64,000 nucleotides of DNA from Callorhinchus milii (taxonomy: Eukaryota), in assembly GCF_018977255.1 (NCBI RefSeq), contig NW_024704742.1, forward strand, positions 46,192,001 through 46,256,000, read 5' to 3'. Of the stretch, positions 39,611 through 52,343 are shown in pieces. Numbering within the stretch: the first letter of the stretch is position 1; every line of letters begins with the position of its first letter. The position numbers were made by a program, and so were the translations under genes. The notes beneath the pieces were generated by a model that did no database searches, was not told the origin of the DNA, and saw nothing but the letters and a program-made list of their open reading frames with translations.

Positions 39611-40214
39611 ATATTTGTCAAGCACTCTGCGACATTTCTTTTAAGTGAAAAGTGCTGAACAAATGCAAGTTCATTGTTTTCTTAACTTGCAATTAAATGT
39701 CTGTGTATCCAAAGCAGCAAGCAGCAGAACAACTGATTTGAAAACATTTGATAACTACAGGGAAGGAACTCTTTAGAAACTGTTTGTAAATTGTTCTCTG
39801 CTGAGTTGGTGTATTATGAACAAAGCCAGCAGTTCTTTGTTATATTCCAGGACCTGCAGATTGGTTCAGCAGGACCATTCTGAATGTGTGCTTTAAAGGG
39901 ATTATCATCTCTGTGATTTCAGCATCAAATATAAAAAAGAAAAGCAAAGTTCATAACTCTTCACTTAAGAATTGCAAAAAGAGGCAATTCCAAGACTATT
40001 CCACATCTAGTTGTTGCTTCCTTGTTATCTTACCCTGATTGTACAAATAAAACAATGTAATTCCCTAAATCTTTACTGGGCATCCCTCCAGGGAGAGAGT
40101 CTGCATTTCATTTCAACAATCTATCTCTGGGATTTCCATGTGGAGGTGGGATGCCTGGAAATCTCAGCTTGGTTTGGATACTCTTAAGCATTGCTGACAG
40201 GTTTCCACATGTGT

Positions 40215-40412
40215 CCCTCTCTTGCCTCTTTCAAGGCACGACTCAAGATCCTCTTTTTCGACCGTGCCTTCAGTCACCCTCCTATCTCTCTGCCCTCCCT
40301 CATTTCAACCCTGCCCCCTACACTCGGGTCCTGATCCCTGACTGGTCAGCGCCTTGGGACGTCCTCCCGATGTGAAAGGCGCTTCACAAATGTAATTTTG
40401 TTGTTGTTGTTG
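40215..40412 (+). mobile_element. L2 3' end
   Basis: GCGCCTTGGGACGTCCTCCCGATGTGAAAGGCGC..AAATGTAATTTTG(TTG)n. Confidence 0.9.
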
Positions 40413-41264
40413 TGGCAAACATCTGGCTGACCAAAAAAAAAGGTACAGAGATCTGATCTTAGATACAATCACTTTGGATGGTGATAGTCCTGTCCCAAAC
40501 CTCACTGCTCCCATCACCTGCCATGAATATGTATAGCTCATTCTGGTACTATGAATCATTACTATTTCTGCTTTAATCTGACCAAATATTCTTCATGCTA
40601 TTCATTTTCTTGTTATTTAATATATTTACCAGGAGTTTTGTAAATTCACGATTTCATATCAGAAATAAAAGTAATGACTGTGAAGTGTAGTTTTGTATTA
40701 ATTTTGTATGCAAGCAAGGTCCCATAAACAAATAACTTATTAAAGAATTAACGCCAGAATAAATGTCTTCTCTTTTTACATACTGCATGGGATCTTTAAA
40801 GCCCACCTGAATAGATGGATGGGATCTTTAATGTCTCGGCTGAAAGAATCTTCAAATGTATGATGAAGATTTTAGGAACTTCTGGTGGGCATGGGTGAAT
40901 TTCTCACCTACTGCTATGTTTCTGCACTTGCTACTTTAGTTCCTCCTTGAAACTCACACCAGGCAAACCCAGAGAATTTACAATACAAAATACAATATAA
41001 ACTTACATTTGTATAGCGCTTTTCACATCGGGGGATGTCCAAGTCATGGATTTGGTGTTAAGATCTGCAAAAGTCATTTCTGATTATACAGTACTTGAAA
41101 CTCCCCGAGAATGAAACCATGTGTGGAGAGTGGTGTTTCAGATCTGGTGGGCTAAAAGGCAGGGGAGTGGAACTAAATAGTTAGCCCTTACAAGGCCTGG
41201 AAACTGCAACCAATCACAACCTGTTAAGACCATTTTTGCTTTAAAAATTTAAGACGGCGTAGAA

Positions 41265-41473
41265 CAGAGTGGTCCAACTGGCGGCCTCCAGCCTGCTGGC
41301 CGATTTCATCCACCCCCATCCCCTCTCACCTCCATTTCTTCTGGCCCATCCTCTCCCTCCATAATGAGCAAATGCTATGTTTCTGGAAACGCAAAAATAT
41401 TGCTTATGCAGCCCACAGACCCTGCTCAAATATGGCATCCAGCCCACAGTAGCCAATAGGGTGGACCACCCTG
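41265..41473. mobile_element. hAT (Charlie-like) MITE, 209 bp
   Basis: TIR CAGAGTGGTCCAACT / rc CAGGGTGGTCCACCC (12/15); flanking 8-mers GCGTAGAA and GCGAACAA (6/8). Confidence 0.75.
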
Positions 41474-41514
41474 GCGAACAATTGTAGGAAATTCTCAAAT
41501 TCAGCCTGAAATAA

Positions 41515-41630
41515 TTTCGCCCACAAATATGTGGTCAATTCATTTGCCATCTATTCTGTGAAGCGCTTTTAGACGTCGAGAAGACGTGAAAAGTGCTATA
41601 TCAAATGCAAGGATTATTACTATATTATTA
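41515..41630 (+). mobile_element. Young-family SINE tail
   Basis: CGCCCACAAATA..GAAGCGCTTTTAGACGTCGAGAAGACGTGAAAAG..GCAAGGATTATTA. Confidence 0.85.
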
Positions 41631-41952
41631 TAATTAATAAGGCAGTTTTCCATAATTCTTAACAAGAAATTAACTTCAAAATTTAAAATATTGCCACAAT
41701 TGTAAGACAAAAGGGTCTAAACACCCTGTGATTAGTTGACATTTCAGGCCAACAACAACAAGATTACATTTGTATAGCACCTTTCACGTCGGGAGGACAT
41801 CCCACCAGAGAGCTGGCATAGGCAGGGTTGGCTGAGTGACCATCAAATGTGCTGAAAAATTCAATGGTTCTTAGATACACTCAAAACTGCGCCACCAGTT
41901 TCAAAATAAAGCTGGACTCAGAAGTGAGAGTTGCTTCTCTCCATTAGATATA

Positions 41953-41953
<1 letters not shown>

Positions 41954-41999
<46 letters not shown>
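41954..41999. repeat. Poly(C) homopolymer, 46 nt
   Basis: Read directly. Confidence 0.95.
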
Positions 42000-42001
<2 letters not shown>

Positions 42002-42725
42002 CTGCTTCTATGAACTGTCTGAAGAATTTTCTTCTCCAGAATTTTCAAGACTAAAACATTTACTGTGTCCAAAAAACTGGTCCCTGTTTGATTCACAACC
42101 CCACTTGCCTACTCTTTCACTACATCTGTCTAACTCTCTCTCTCTCTCTTTCTCTCCAGAACCAAATCTAATTGCCTCCTGAATCCATATATACAATGCA
42201 CTTCAGTGGCCTTCCCTCATAACATATTCCACAATCCTATTACCACCTTTAGAAAGGTTTCATCCAAAATCCCTTCTAACTCTTAACTTCTGAATTTATC
42301 AATTATGGCTTTTTTATGTGGCAGTGAGTGCATATTACTTCTTTGGATGTCAATAACATTACCCGATCTTTGTTGGGTGCATCACAGGAAAACTACTGCT
42401 TTGAAATGGTATCTTAGTTTCTTCTATTTCATTCTGATAAAGAATGTGTCTCTGACATGGTGTTTGACATATCTGACAGGCCAGCACTTTAGCAAGACCC
42501 GTGAAAAAGCTGCCCTGAGGGTTATAATGAGAGAGTTGTGAGTTGCAGATGGCTGGCAGTTGGCAGCTTATATATGGCCCTAATCTAAACACATTTTATG
42601 GTTAGGTTGCTCAGTGATATTGAAGGCATTAGCTGCCTGCTCTTGTCACTGAAGAAATTATTTGCTTAACATTGTGCTCCTATGTCAACAGAACTCTTGC
42701 AGTTTGTCTTAATGCATGTTGGAGG

Positions 42726-43193
42726 CAGGGACGGACTGGCTATTCGGGAAATCAGGACATTTCCCGAGTGCCCCCATGAAAATGGCTCCCAATTCTTTTT
42801 CTTTGCTATTTCCTCACTTGCCGACTCAGCTTCAGGGTCCTCTGTTGCCATGGTGACTGATGTTGCTGTGACGCGTAACGAGTGTAAGGGAGGCAACGGT
42901 GCATTAGCTCAACACAGTGCTTGACCTGAGCAGGGGGCAATGTTGCGCGGGAGCACCAACCAGGTTTGCTGGTGAGGGCATTAACAATCTGCCACAGCCA
43001 GGCTGACCTGAGCCCTGAGTCTAGAGGTTGGGGAGCGGAACCAGTGCCAGGGTTCGATGATATCGCTATGGGAGGGCGGAGCCATACCTTTTTGCTTTGC
43101 TTTATGCTTTTAGACCCTGAAACCCCCCACAAAATGTCACCCCCCATTTTCTATGACAATCCCGAGCCCTTACGGGGAGCCAGTCTGCCACTG
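42726..43193. mobile_element. hAT-type (Tip100-like) MITE, 468 bp, GC/CpG-rich
   Basis: TIR CAGGGACGGACTGGCT / rc CAGTGGCAGACTGGCT (13/16); flanking 8-mers GTTGGAGG and GTAAGAGG (6/8). Confidence 0.8.
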
Positions 43194-43299
43194 GTAAGAG
43201 GCAATTGAAAATGTAACAGTTTTATTGAAAATTGTAGAGTCTATTACTTAAAGGATGTAGACATAAACAAACAGTTACCCAAAGACCTCGATGGATGAA

Positions 43300-43770
43300 A
43301 ATAACATAGGGAATTGGACATTGTTATCATCCAGATTCAGCTAAACCTATCCGGTAGCGAAGTTATTACAGGACAGTAATAAAATATAATCAGAAGAGGT
43401 GAAGAGGGGAGGGGAGATTTAATATGAAATACTTGTAAAAGAAATACTGTCCTTACCATAATATTCAACATGTGCCTAATTAAAAGGAGTTAAGGAGGAA
43501 ATAAATTGGCTTGGTACTTTATAACAAGACTTTGAACACAGGGAGAAATCGGGGAATCTGGTTTCACATAAGATCGAAAAACTGAGAGGCCAAGAAAATG
43601 GTGGAGGTCTGGAGGAACTCAATTAGATAGATTATTGCTGCCCCAGAGGAAATTAGTTCCCATTTCATGCAGCTTTGTGAAGCGTTATAGATGTCGGAGA
43701 GCAAATATTCTGACAGTGAGTTTGAAACCTTTTGGGGAGGCATAAATATTCCAGAAGTTTCAAATTATAA
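43300..43770 (+). mobile_element. Ancient L1-clade ORF2 linker fragment
   Basis: FEHREKSGNLVSHKI resembles fish-type L1 YEHGEKAGKLLA; later GINIPEV resembles L1 LNIPKL. Confidence 0.55.
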
Positions 43771-44753
43771 CACAGCATCTTTAAAAACAATACTCCTCCT
43801 ATGAAAGGGTTATGAGTTTTGTGTTCTCACCTCTAATGCCCCTGGCCCTGATTATTGTACCGAGCACATTCTGAAGAAGTAAATGCTCAATCTTGACCTT
43901 GAGAAAATGCTTTGGCTATTATATTCAGCAATATCTTTAAAGAACTGCCTAAGATTCTCATGAAACTTGAATGAGGGAAAGATACACAAATGTAAGTGCA
44001 GGAATCAGCTCACCTCCTGTGTGGCTCGAATTATTTTAGTCAAAATATTTGCTTTGCCAGCAATAATTGAGGTCAAGCCCCTCAGCCAGCCAACCAACAA
44101 CAACTTGCATTTGTTTAGCGCCCTCCACGTAAGGTAGCATCTCATACCGCTTAACAGTGGCGGAGGCTGACCAGACCCAATTGGATTTAATGCAGGAGGA
44201 TTGTTCCTTAAGGAACAAACATGGGGGTCGAAAGTGTGTTATCCACACAATCAAAGCAGCCATTAGTCCTGCCGTGGGAATCAATTATCTAGTTGTATGA
44301 CAATACAGATAATGTCAATTTCCTCAGTGTTTGTTTCTGGCAGACCTACATTTGGGTGTTTTATGCGCAGGTAATGGGAAAGTGGACTCAGAATTACTTT
44401 CAAAGAACACGTCAATAAACACATTGAGGTACTAATTGTCTTCAGTGCAGCCTAAAGAATAAATTCCTTGGTTTGTGTAGAAAATGTCAGGATAGTCATG
44501 CTTGGGCAATGATAGTAAGCTGAAGGAAGATTTTTCAGCCATGCCTCACGTGTGGCATTAGTGGCCATAAATGTGCTCAGCCAGATGCTTTCTGATGAGC
44601 TACTGTTACAACACTGTACTCAACATAGAACATCTTAAATCAAAGCAGTGTAGCACCATCAAAGAGAAGCCCTTGATGCAATTGCTGCCACTTTGTTTAT
44701 TACAAAAAGCCAGTGAGTTTGAACAAGCCAGATTCTATTTGTTATTATGTCAG

Positions 44754-44888
44754 AGTGGTTTCTCATCACCATACTCTAGTTGTACAGGAGTAGGGACTCC
44801 ACAGCCTACTTCTTGCAGATACGTGAACCCACATGAGCTGTTTGAGAGTCCAAAGCTGCAAGAAGACAACCAGCACAAGTTCATATAA
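44754..44888 (+). other. Candidate terminal coding exon of an unidentified gene (SGFSSPYSSCTGVGTPQPTSCRYVNPHELFESPKLQEDNQHKFI*)
   Basis: Acceptor ttgttattatgtcAG, 44 open codons, U-rich downstream sequence, AATAAA at 45029-45034; no recognised homolog. Confidence 0.25.
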
Positions 44889-47669
44889 AGGACTCTCAAA
44901 TCTAAAGTTGGCAGCTCTGTTGAAAAATTCATGGGGTTCATTTTTTTATGTAACAATTTTGAGGACTTCTTTTGATTGTGTATTGTATTGTGCTGATATC
45001 ATTCTTCGTTTTATTGTATTTTAAGTTAAATAAATTTATCTTTCTTTGGTCAGAAATCAAATGCAAGGATTATCATTTATTATCATTATTTTCAAAGCAC
45101 TTCATTGGAACTCGCCTTTTAACCACCTTCTTGTACTGCGACATTCTTTCACTGCTTTAGAACAGTTTCCCCAGTTTATGCTTATATTTTACCTTTCATC
45201 ACAGGATTTAAGAATGATCTTTATGGTTCTCATGCGTTTCCTTTGTGTATTAAAATGTTGAAGGTTTTGAAACTGATCACAGCAGTAGATTGACTATATT
45301 TCTAAAATTAATTGACCATCACATTTTGTAGTCAGCTACAGCTGTAGGTGATTAATAGTAAATTGAATTATAATTTGTTGCACCCCTTCATTATCTGCAT
45401 TTTTCAGATTATTAATGCTCTACCATCATAAATATATCATATAATTTAACTTGTCCTATTTATCAGCTGGAATGGGAAGAACACTGAGGTTTCGTCAAGT
45501 CTATTCCATGTATTATGCTGTTGAAAAAAGTTTTCTTTTTTGTGAGGGAATATAGCAAATAATTAAAAAAAATTGTTTGCTTTAATAATTTGAATGAAGA
45601 AACGCAGCAAAGCATTAGCGTGAGACTATGTTACATGCTTGCAGCGTTACTGACTTCGACACACAGTCAGGCCTCAGCACTAAGGTACAGTGAATAATGT
45701 GTCACCCAGGGGAAAGAAAGAGAAAGCATGCTGCGTCAGTCAGAGAAATAGATTTTCATTATTTTTCAAATGTTCGTCAGAGGCACTTTCTTGCCTGAAT
45801 AGTGCATTCCCATTATTTTTGCAGCAGGCTTATCCGTGCCGGATAAATTCAAGATGGTAAATAAACCACAGAATAAATATGTTATTGAAGCAAAGGGATT
45901 TAATTATTTTAGAATACTTTCTAAAAGAATGTATACTTTGCTCAGTATTTTGCCTGGTCAGTTATTCAAATCAGTATTATTGAGATATCAAAATTATAAA
46001 ATAAATAGATTAGGTAAGAATATGCTGCAAACCATTGTAAAGGCAAATTGAATTATTTACGTTTTAGTTAGTTTTGACAATATTCTTATGCTTGACAGTT
46101 CAAAAAGACTATCAACACAGAATTTATAATACCGTGTGTCTTACATTTCTATCTTCTAAAGTTTTAAGCATACAAATAAGGCACCTAACAATTAACAATG
46201 TTAATGCAGTGTATTGGTTGTAAGGAGTGGGGATTTGTGTTGGAGATCAGACCCAAAGCCAATAATTTGGTTGGGTCAATCTTAGATTGACAAGATGTCA
46301 ATCTTAAACAAATTCAATTAAAAGTTGCTGCAATCTTAATGAACTACCCAAGAATATAAGAAATAATTTTCAATGTTTTTTTTTAAAGTCTCAGTCTTTC
46401 AATGACTCTTTGACACAAATTTGAACAGTTCTTCTTAACCCCGGACAATAAAAATACCAGACGGGGGATAAAAAATCAGTCCTTCTGCTCTTCTGACATG
46501 ACTAGCACAGATCAGATGTCATGTTTCTCTATGTAAATGGGAATAAATAGATACATTTTTCAGAAAGTTAACAATGGATTGAATGGTTTATACTTGAAAT
46601 TCTATGATTCTATGAGCATGCATTTTGAAGACTATCTGAAGTTGCCTTGGCAAGTAACAATGGACTTGAACAATAATTCTTTATGGTGGGTTTACTGCAC
46701 CATTTAACAATAGAAAGCTCTGCATTCTTCCAGTTTTCCTCATTGTGGCAATGGCAGGAGTACTTACTGTGTTATTAGGTGAAGTGGGCTTTATGGACAA
46801 TTACGTGTTGGCCTAGTTTTAAATATTTACATGCCTCTAATTTTCTTTAGGGTGATTAGGCAGCCTAACATCAGCCCGGATTTATCGCATCAAAATCAGG
46901 GCTTCACTGGATTCTATCGGTTGTGTCAATACCCGGCAGGATCAATTACAACCTTGAAAGCAAATATGGGATGATATTGGTGAGAATTATTGGCACTTTG
47001 TCATTGGGTTTAATATACAATGGTCAGTATTGCCAAGAATACAGATATTTTGTGATCGTTGCATTTGGCTTCACACATTGATAAATCTGTTACTTTAAAA
47101 CCAAATATATTATTTAGTTTTTAAAATTTTAGTATGAGGATGTTGTCAATGAAATAAAAGAGGTTAGAGTTGAAGGGTTAGGTGGTGATCTTGGAATAGT
47201 TTAATATTCTGCAGCTTTTACTTGTTTGCCTTGTGATATGGTAGATATCCTGTGACTGAAAGCTATACATTTCTTGTTCTATGCTTTATATTTTTCCTCA
47301 AGTCTGAAAACTGCAAAGGACCGATGCCCCCATAGCAACCTGTTCAAGTTCAAATTAGAATTGATGTTGCCAAATAACAAGAAAACCTGTGAGCAGATAG
47401 CTAAATAATAAGCAAGAACACAGATGCAAAATTCCTGTGTTAACCAAATGCTTGTTTTCTATGAGAAACAAAACATGAATGTATTTTTTAGAGCACGCCG
47501 GCTTATTTACAATGCAGTAGGAAAGCTTTTTTTTTAAAAAAGGGAGTAATTATTTTCTTTGTGCAGTATATGTGTATTAAATTCCGATTAGAAAGCTAGT
47601 CTGCAAAAAAGAGATCCTTTCTGTTTAAATGCAGATATCACTGAGGTTGTAGTATCTGGTATGTGCTGA

Positions 47670-47684
47670 CAGCGCCCTCTATGG
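47670..47684 (-). promoter_or_regulatory. Candidate CTCF-binding core
   Basis: Minus strand CCATAGAGGGCGCTG matches the TAGRGGGCGC core; CpG retained in non-repetitive, CpG-poor DNA. Confidence 0.45.
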
Positions 47685-49123
47685 ATTGCTCAGGGGCACA
47701 TAAGAGCCAAGAGCAGTAAGAGCTCAGGTCAATGGGAGGTAGAGCTATCTATTCCTGGTAACAGGCTGCAGTGAAAAATCAATAATTTAATACTCTGCTT
47801 ATCCAGAACCTTTCATCTGGAAAATAAGTAAGTGTGGACTTCGTCATGTGCATTAACTCATTGCTTTACATGCTCTGACACTTGCAATAAAAAGATATTA
47901 CCATAAAGCATCTGAAATGCTGAATGTGTTTCTTCTTTTGCTGAATAAGCCCAAAGTGGAACCCTCTTGGGGTTCTGTTTTCAGGGCCAATTGATTTTGT
48001 GATGGAAAGGAAAGCTACAATTTGCTAAGTTTTAAGGTTTTTTTCAACAGAATGCTATGATCTCTTGCTAAAAATATTACAAAGTGTGCATGCTCACGCA
48101 GATCAGAAATCAAAGGCCTGAACTTGATCCATGTGTTGATGAAATCTCTCTTTTTCCTTTTCAACCTGATGAACAAAAATAGCAATTTACTTCATGTATT
48201 TTAGAGTCCTCACATATAGGTTCATAGCAAGAACCAGGAATGTGTGGATCAGAGATTAACTGATTTAAGTGATTTGATTAATGTATTATTGTATTTCATT
48301 AATTTCACTGAAATGCTTTTAATACAAAAATCAAAAATGTTGCTATGCAGATGTTTTAAAACATATTTATTGTTTGCACTGAAATAACTAAACATAATTC
48401 AGGCAAGCTACAAAGGAAAACTGTAAAAAAGATGTAGGGAAAACGCAAGAGATTAAATAAATAGCTCTTGCAAAGAGCCAGAACAGACATAGTGGGCAGA
48501 AATTATCTTCTATATTGAAAAATATAAAATTTATGATTTTATTATTCTTTCACTCTCCAATCTCACCCATACCAAATGCCACCAAACTCCCACACGCACG
48601 CATTTTACCCGCTCGAAGACTTTATGCCTCACCAATTAAAAATCTTACCCCTGTAAACCATCAATAAGTGCTCATGATAAAATGGCATAATCATTTAAGA
48701 TCCTCAATATGGGTGTCTCCAAATACTGTGAAAAAGGTAAGTGATGATTAACCCCAAAATAAACATGCAAATTCAACTAATGTCAGTACAAAATGAATCA
48801 ACACAGTTGGAAAGAAATGTCTCCCATTAAATCTGTCTCTACAACAAACAGACAGACCAATTCTGATTAAACTAGTGATTTTCTGAGTGAAGCGATCTTC
48901 GGAAGAAAAATATTTTCTGAAAATTGACATCCTGCCTTTTTTCCACTTAGGCACCTCTATAATATGGAGACTGCAAGCATGGAGTATGATGCACCTACAA
49001 GTGTGTCATATTATGCTTTATGTGGTTTGACATGAGAACTGAATGAACACTGTATCTTACCATTGTATCTTTTCCTCTCCTCCCTGCTTGGTGTCCACTG
49101 AACTGCTCTGAGGCATTATTCTA

Positions 49124-49560
49124 TAACAACAACAACTTTCACTTATATAGTGCCCCTCACGCACGGTAGCGCTTGACAGTGGCGGAGCACGACACCAAGC
49201 CGTGGGGAGGAGGGAGGTGACCATAGGCACAGTCGAAGAGGAATGTCTTCAGGTACGATCTGCAGATGAGGAAAAAAGGGGCAATGAGGAGGGATAGAAG
49301 GAAGAGAGTTCCAGAGTTTCGGGGCTTAGTGGCTGAAAGCGCAGCCACCAATGGTGGAACAGAGGGCACGAGGGACATGCAGGACGCCAGAGCCAGTCGA
49401 GCGGAGGCAGCTGGTAGTGGGTTGGAGAGTAAAGCAAATCGGAGAGTTAGGGAGGTGCCAGGGAATTAAGGGATTTGAAAATGAGTGTGAGGATCTTGAA
49501 ATTGATCCCTTCCGTGATAGGGAGTCAGTAGAGTCTGACTAGAACTGGTGTGATTCTATG
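49124..49560 (-). mobile_element. L2 3' end (second tail subtype)
   Basis: (CAA)n tail, GCGCTTGACAGTGGCGGAG, minus ORF YLKTFLFDCAY; an opposite-orientation L2 tail lies at ~49590-49743. Confidence 0.88.
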
Positions 49561-50187
49561 TGAAGGTTAATATATAAATGCAAGTTGCTCTTCGACCGTG
49601 CTTTCGATCTCCCTGCTTCCCCCCTGCCTTCCATCCTCCCCAATCCCACCCCCTAGCTTGGGTGCGAAGCTCTGTCTGTCCAGCACCTTGAGACATCCTC
49701 CCGACGTGAAAGGCACTATACAAATGTAACTTTGTTGTTGTTGTACCAAACTGAATACATCACATTCTACATTGAACAATGCAGCCCAATAATCTAGTCA
49801 TTGCTGTAAAACCAGAAGCAGCAAATTACTTGTACAAGAACCCTGCAGGAGGATATCTAGTGAGGTTGGAACAGTTTCCAGGAATCTTTTGGGCATTTGG
49901 GGATCAATAATGGAACCTGAATCATCGATCTCTCTGAGGTTTGAAGACTGAACACAATGGTGCTGTGTCTGGAGTCAGTAGACAGTGTCTTCAGTATAGT
50001 CAGCAAGGGACTGGACTTGTCTAGAGAAAGTTTACATTATGGCCTAGGCTAAGAATATCAATATCCATGTATATTCTAATCCATATGAAAAACCACTATT
50101 TTCTCCAGCAATGTGAATGGGGGAATTCAAACTGGATTATTCGAACTATCCACAATGATTTCCATAAAACATCAGCATGTTCTCAAG

Positions 50188-50370
50188 TATAATAATAATC
50201 TTTGTATTTGAAATAGTGCCTTTTACATCGAGAGGATGTCTCAAAGTGGTTCACAGAATATACTGTGAAGTGAATTAACTGTATATTTTGTGGGCGAAAC
50301 GTGGCAGCCAATTGCACACAGCAGTGTCCCACAAACAGACTTGGATTGAGTGACCAAATTATTATTATTC
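50188..50370 (-). mobile_element. Young-family SINE, 3' half
   Basis: GGCAGCCAATTGCACACAGCAGTGTCCCACAAACAG core and tail. Confidence 0.85.
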
Positions 50371-51165
50371 TTCAAGAGATTATTAGCACCAGAAAAGCAA
50401 TCTGCCAATCGACTAACAATCAGGTTCCTACTTGCTACCAGGTAAACAGAGATGTGTGGAGTAAGTTACGTTTTGTTTTCAATAATTTAAATCATGACAA
50501 ATAAATAATTTCAATATAATTCAGATTTAGGCTATCCATAAGGAGACATGTTGCTCTATTTTGTCTATTAGGAAAGTAAACAATGACACACTAGTTATAA
50601 TATCTGTAAAGTATACTACACCTCTGGCTTCTTGTACCAGCAACTAGAAAATAGTGGTTGACAAGTAGGTGCTTTGATTGTATCATTTTGTGTTGACAAT
50701 GTACATTTGATCCATTTGGTTTCCATAATAATCCAGTTGCAATGTTTTTAAGGTATTTATTTACAGTACTTATGTCTCCAAGGTATTCCTTTCACCAGCA
50801 CTCTCACTAACTTGTCAAACTGAGATGTCCATTCCCCTGAAGTTCCAAAGAGTTGTTTCTTGCTGAACTCTTGCACATATCAGAGCTCCGATTCTAAAAG
50901 TCTTCATGAGTTCAGATGTGTAATCCTCGTACTGATGTCAATAAGGAAATTTAGTGCAAGCACTGTATTCCCATTCAATAACAGAATGCAGTTAGCACAT
51001 GGAAGAACATGTGAAAACACTAATCAGCTCAAATTTATCTCTTACAATACATAAATTTTGACTCTTTTTTTCCAGTATGTAACATTTGTGAACAATCTTC
51101 CAAATTATCCAGTTATTGTCTGGAAACATTTTGATGGAGGCCTGTAGCTTAGTCCTGTAGCTCGT

Positions 51166-51502
51166 GGAGTCCTATAGCTTAGTGGTTAGAGCACTCTCCT
51201 CGCAAGCGAGAGACCTGGATTCGATTTCCGGCAGGGTGAAATGTTGGGCAAGTGTCCTTACTCCACACGTCTCTGTTTACCTAGTAGTAAGTAGGAAGTC
51301 GGTTGTTAGTCGATTGGCGATCGCTATTCCAGGGGTAATAATTCCTTCAAAAAATAATAATAATAAATTGGTGTGCAATTGGCTGCCACGTTTCATTCAC
51401 AAAATATACAGTCAATTCACTTTACAGTATATTCTGTGAAGCGCTTTCAGACGTCTCAAAGCGTGATGAAGTGCTATATCAAATGCAAGGATTATTATTA
51501 TT
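51166..51502 (+). mobile_element. Young-family SINE with head, long-internal subfamily
   Basis: GGAGTCCTATAGCTTAGTGGTTAGAGCAC..GATTCGATTTCC head; CTCTGTTTACCTAGTAGTAAG segment; (ATT)n tail. Confidence 0.92.
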
Positions 51503-52099
51503 GTGGAAGCATCATTGCCACAAGGACTGTGATAGTTTTAAAAGCCCACAACCTCCTCAGGCAAATAGAGATGGGAAATAAATGCCAGGGATTTTTGGGC
51601 AGCCGGGTGTCTGACACATGTGAAAACCCATCACTATGCTTAAGAGTATCCAAACCAGACTGAGACTTTCCACATATGTATGCCACCTACCCATGGAAAT
51701 GTCCCTGTGTCTGAAATGGAATGTACACTTTTTCCCTGGAAGGATACACCCTGCTTACCTAATTCGGATAATAGAGAACAATAGAACTATAGGAAATTAC
51801 CACATAGAAGAAGGCCATTCAACCCATCTTGTCAGTGCTGACTCTTTTAAAGAGAAATCCTTTCAGTTGCATTTACCTCACTTTCCCCATATTCCTGTAT
51901 GTTATTCCAAGTGCAAGAGGTACAGATTCGTAAAAAAAAAAAAAAATCTGAGGGACACCAGAGTATGACTTGGAGTACTACTGCTGGATTTTAATCAGCT
52001 AAAATCACAAAGTTTGCCATTGAAACTACTGTCTGGCAAGCTTCCTGCTGGCTTGTTGCCCACATGCTGGGATGAGTAAACCATGTAGAATACTTAACC

Positions 52100-52343
52100 A
52101 TAGAATTTCTATTTGGATCTACATTTATTCCAGTTTCTTAACATTTCAGAGTGTCCAGAATTCGGCAATATCTTAAATACAGCCTTAATTTTAAATTTTG
52201 AAACTGCTTTTCTGTAAGGTCTTTTAAGAACGACACAAAATTGGTTTCCAAGTTAAAAGTGAATCTATCAATTTGCTAAATACTCGATTTTCCTAAAAGC
52301 TAATGAAACAGAGTAAACCTAGATCCATGTGGAATTGCTCCCC
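52100..52343. mobile_element. Decayed copy of the palindromic MITE family
   Basis: TAACATTTCAGAGTGTCCAGAA and CTAGATCCATGTGGAATTGCTCCCC match the arms of 34853-35079. Confidence 0.7.

Noticed and set aside
41931..42182. Polyproline ORF
   Set aside because: Produced by the 46-nt poly(C) run, whose length may also be a sequencing artefact.
46848..46956. Frame GSLTSARIYRIKIRA, reminiscent of an FN3 strand
   Set aside because: Weak splice sites and short; the TAGGGTG start and CCCGG motifs fit a small DNA-transposon relic equally well.
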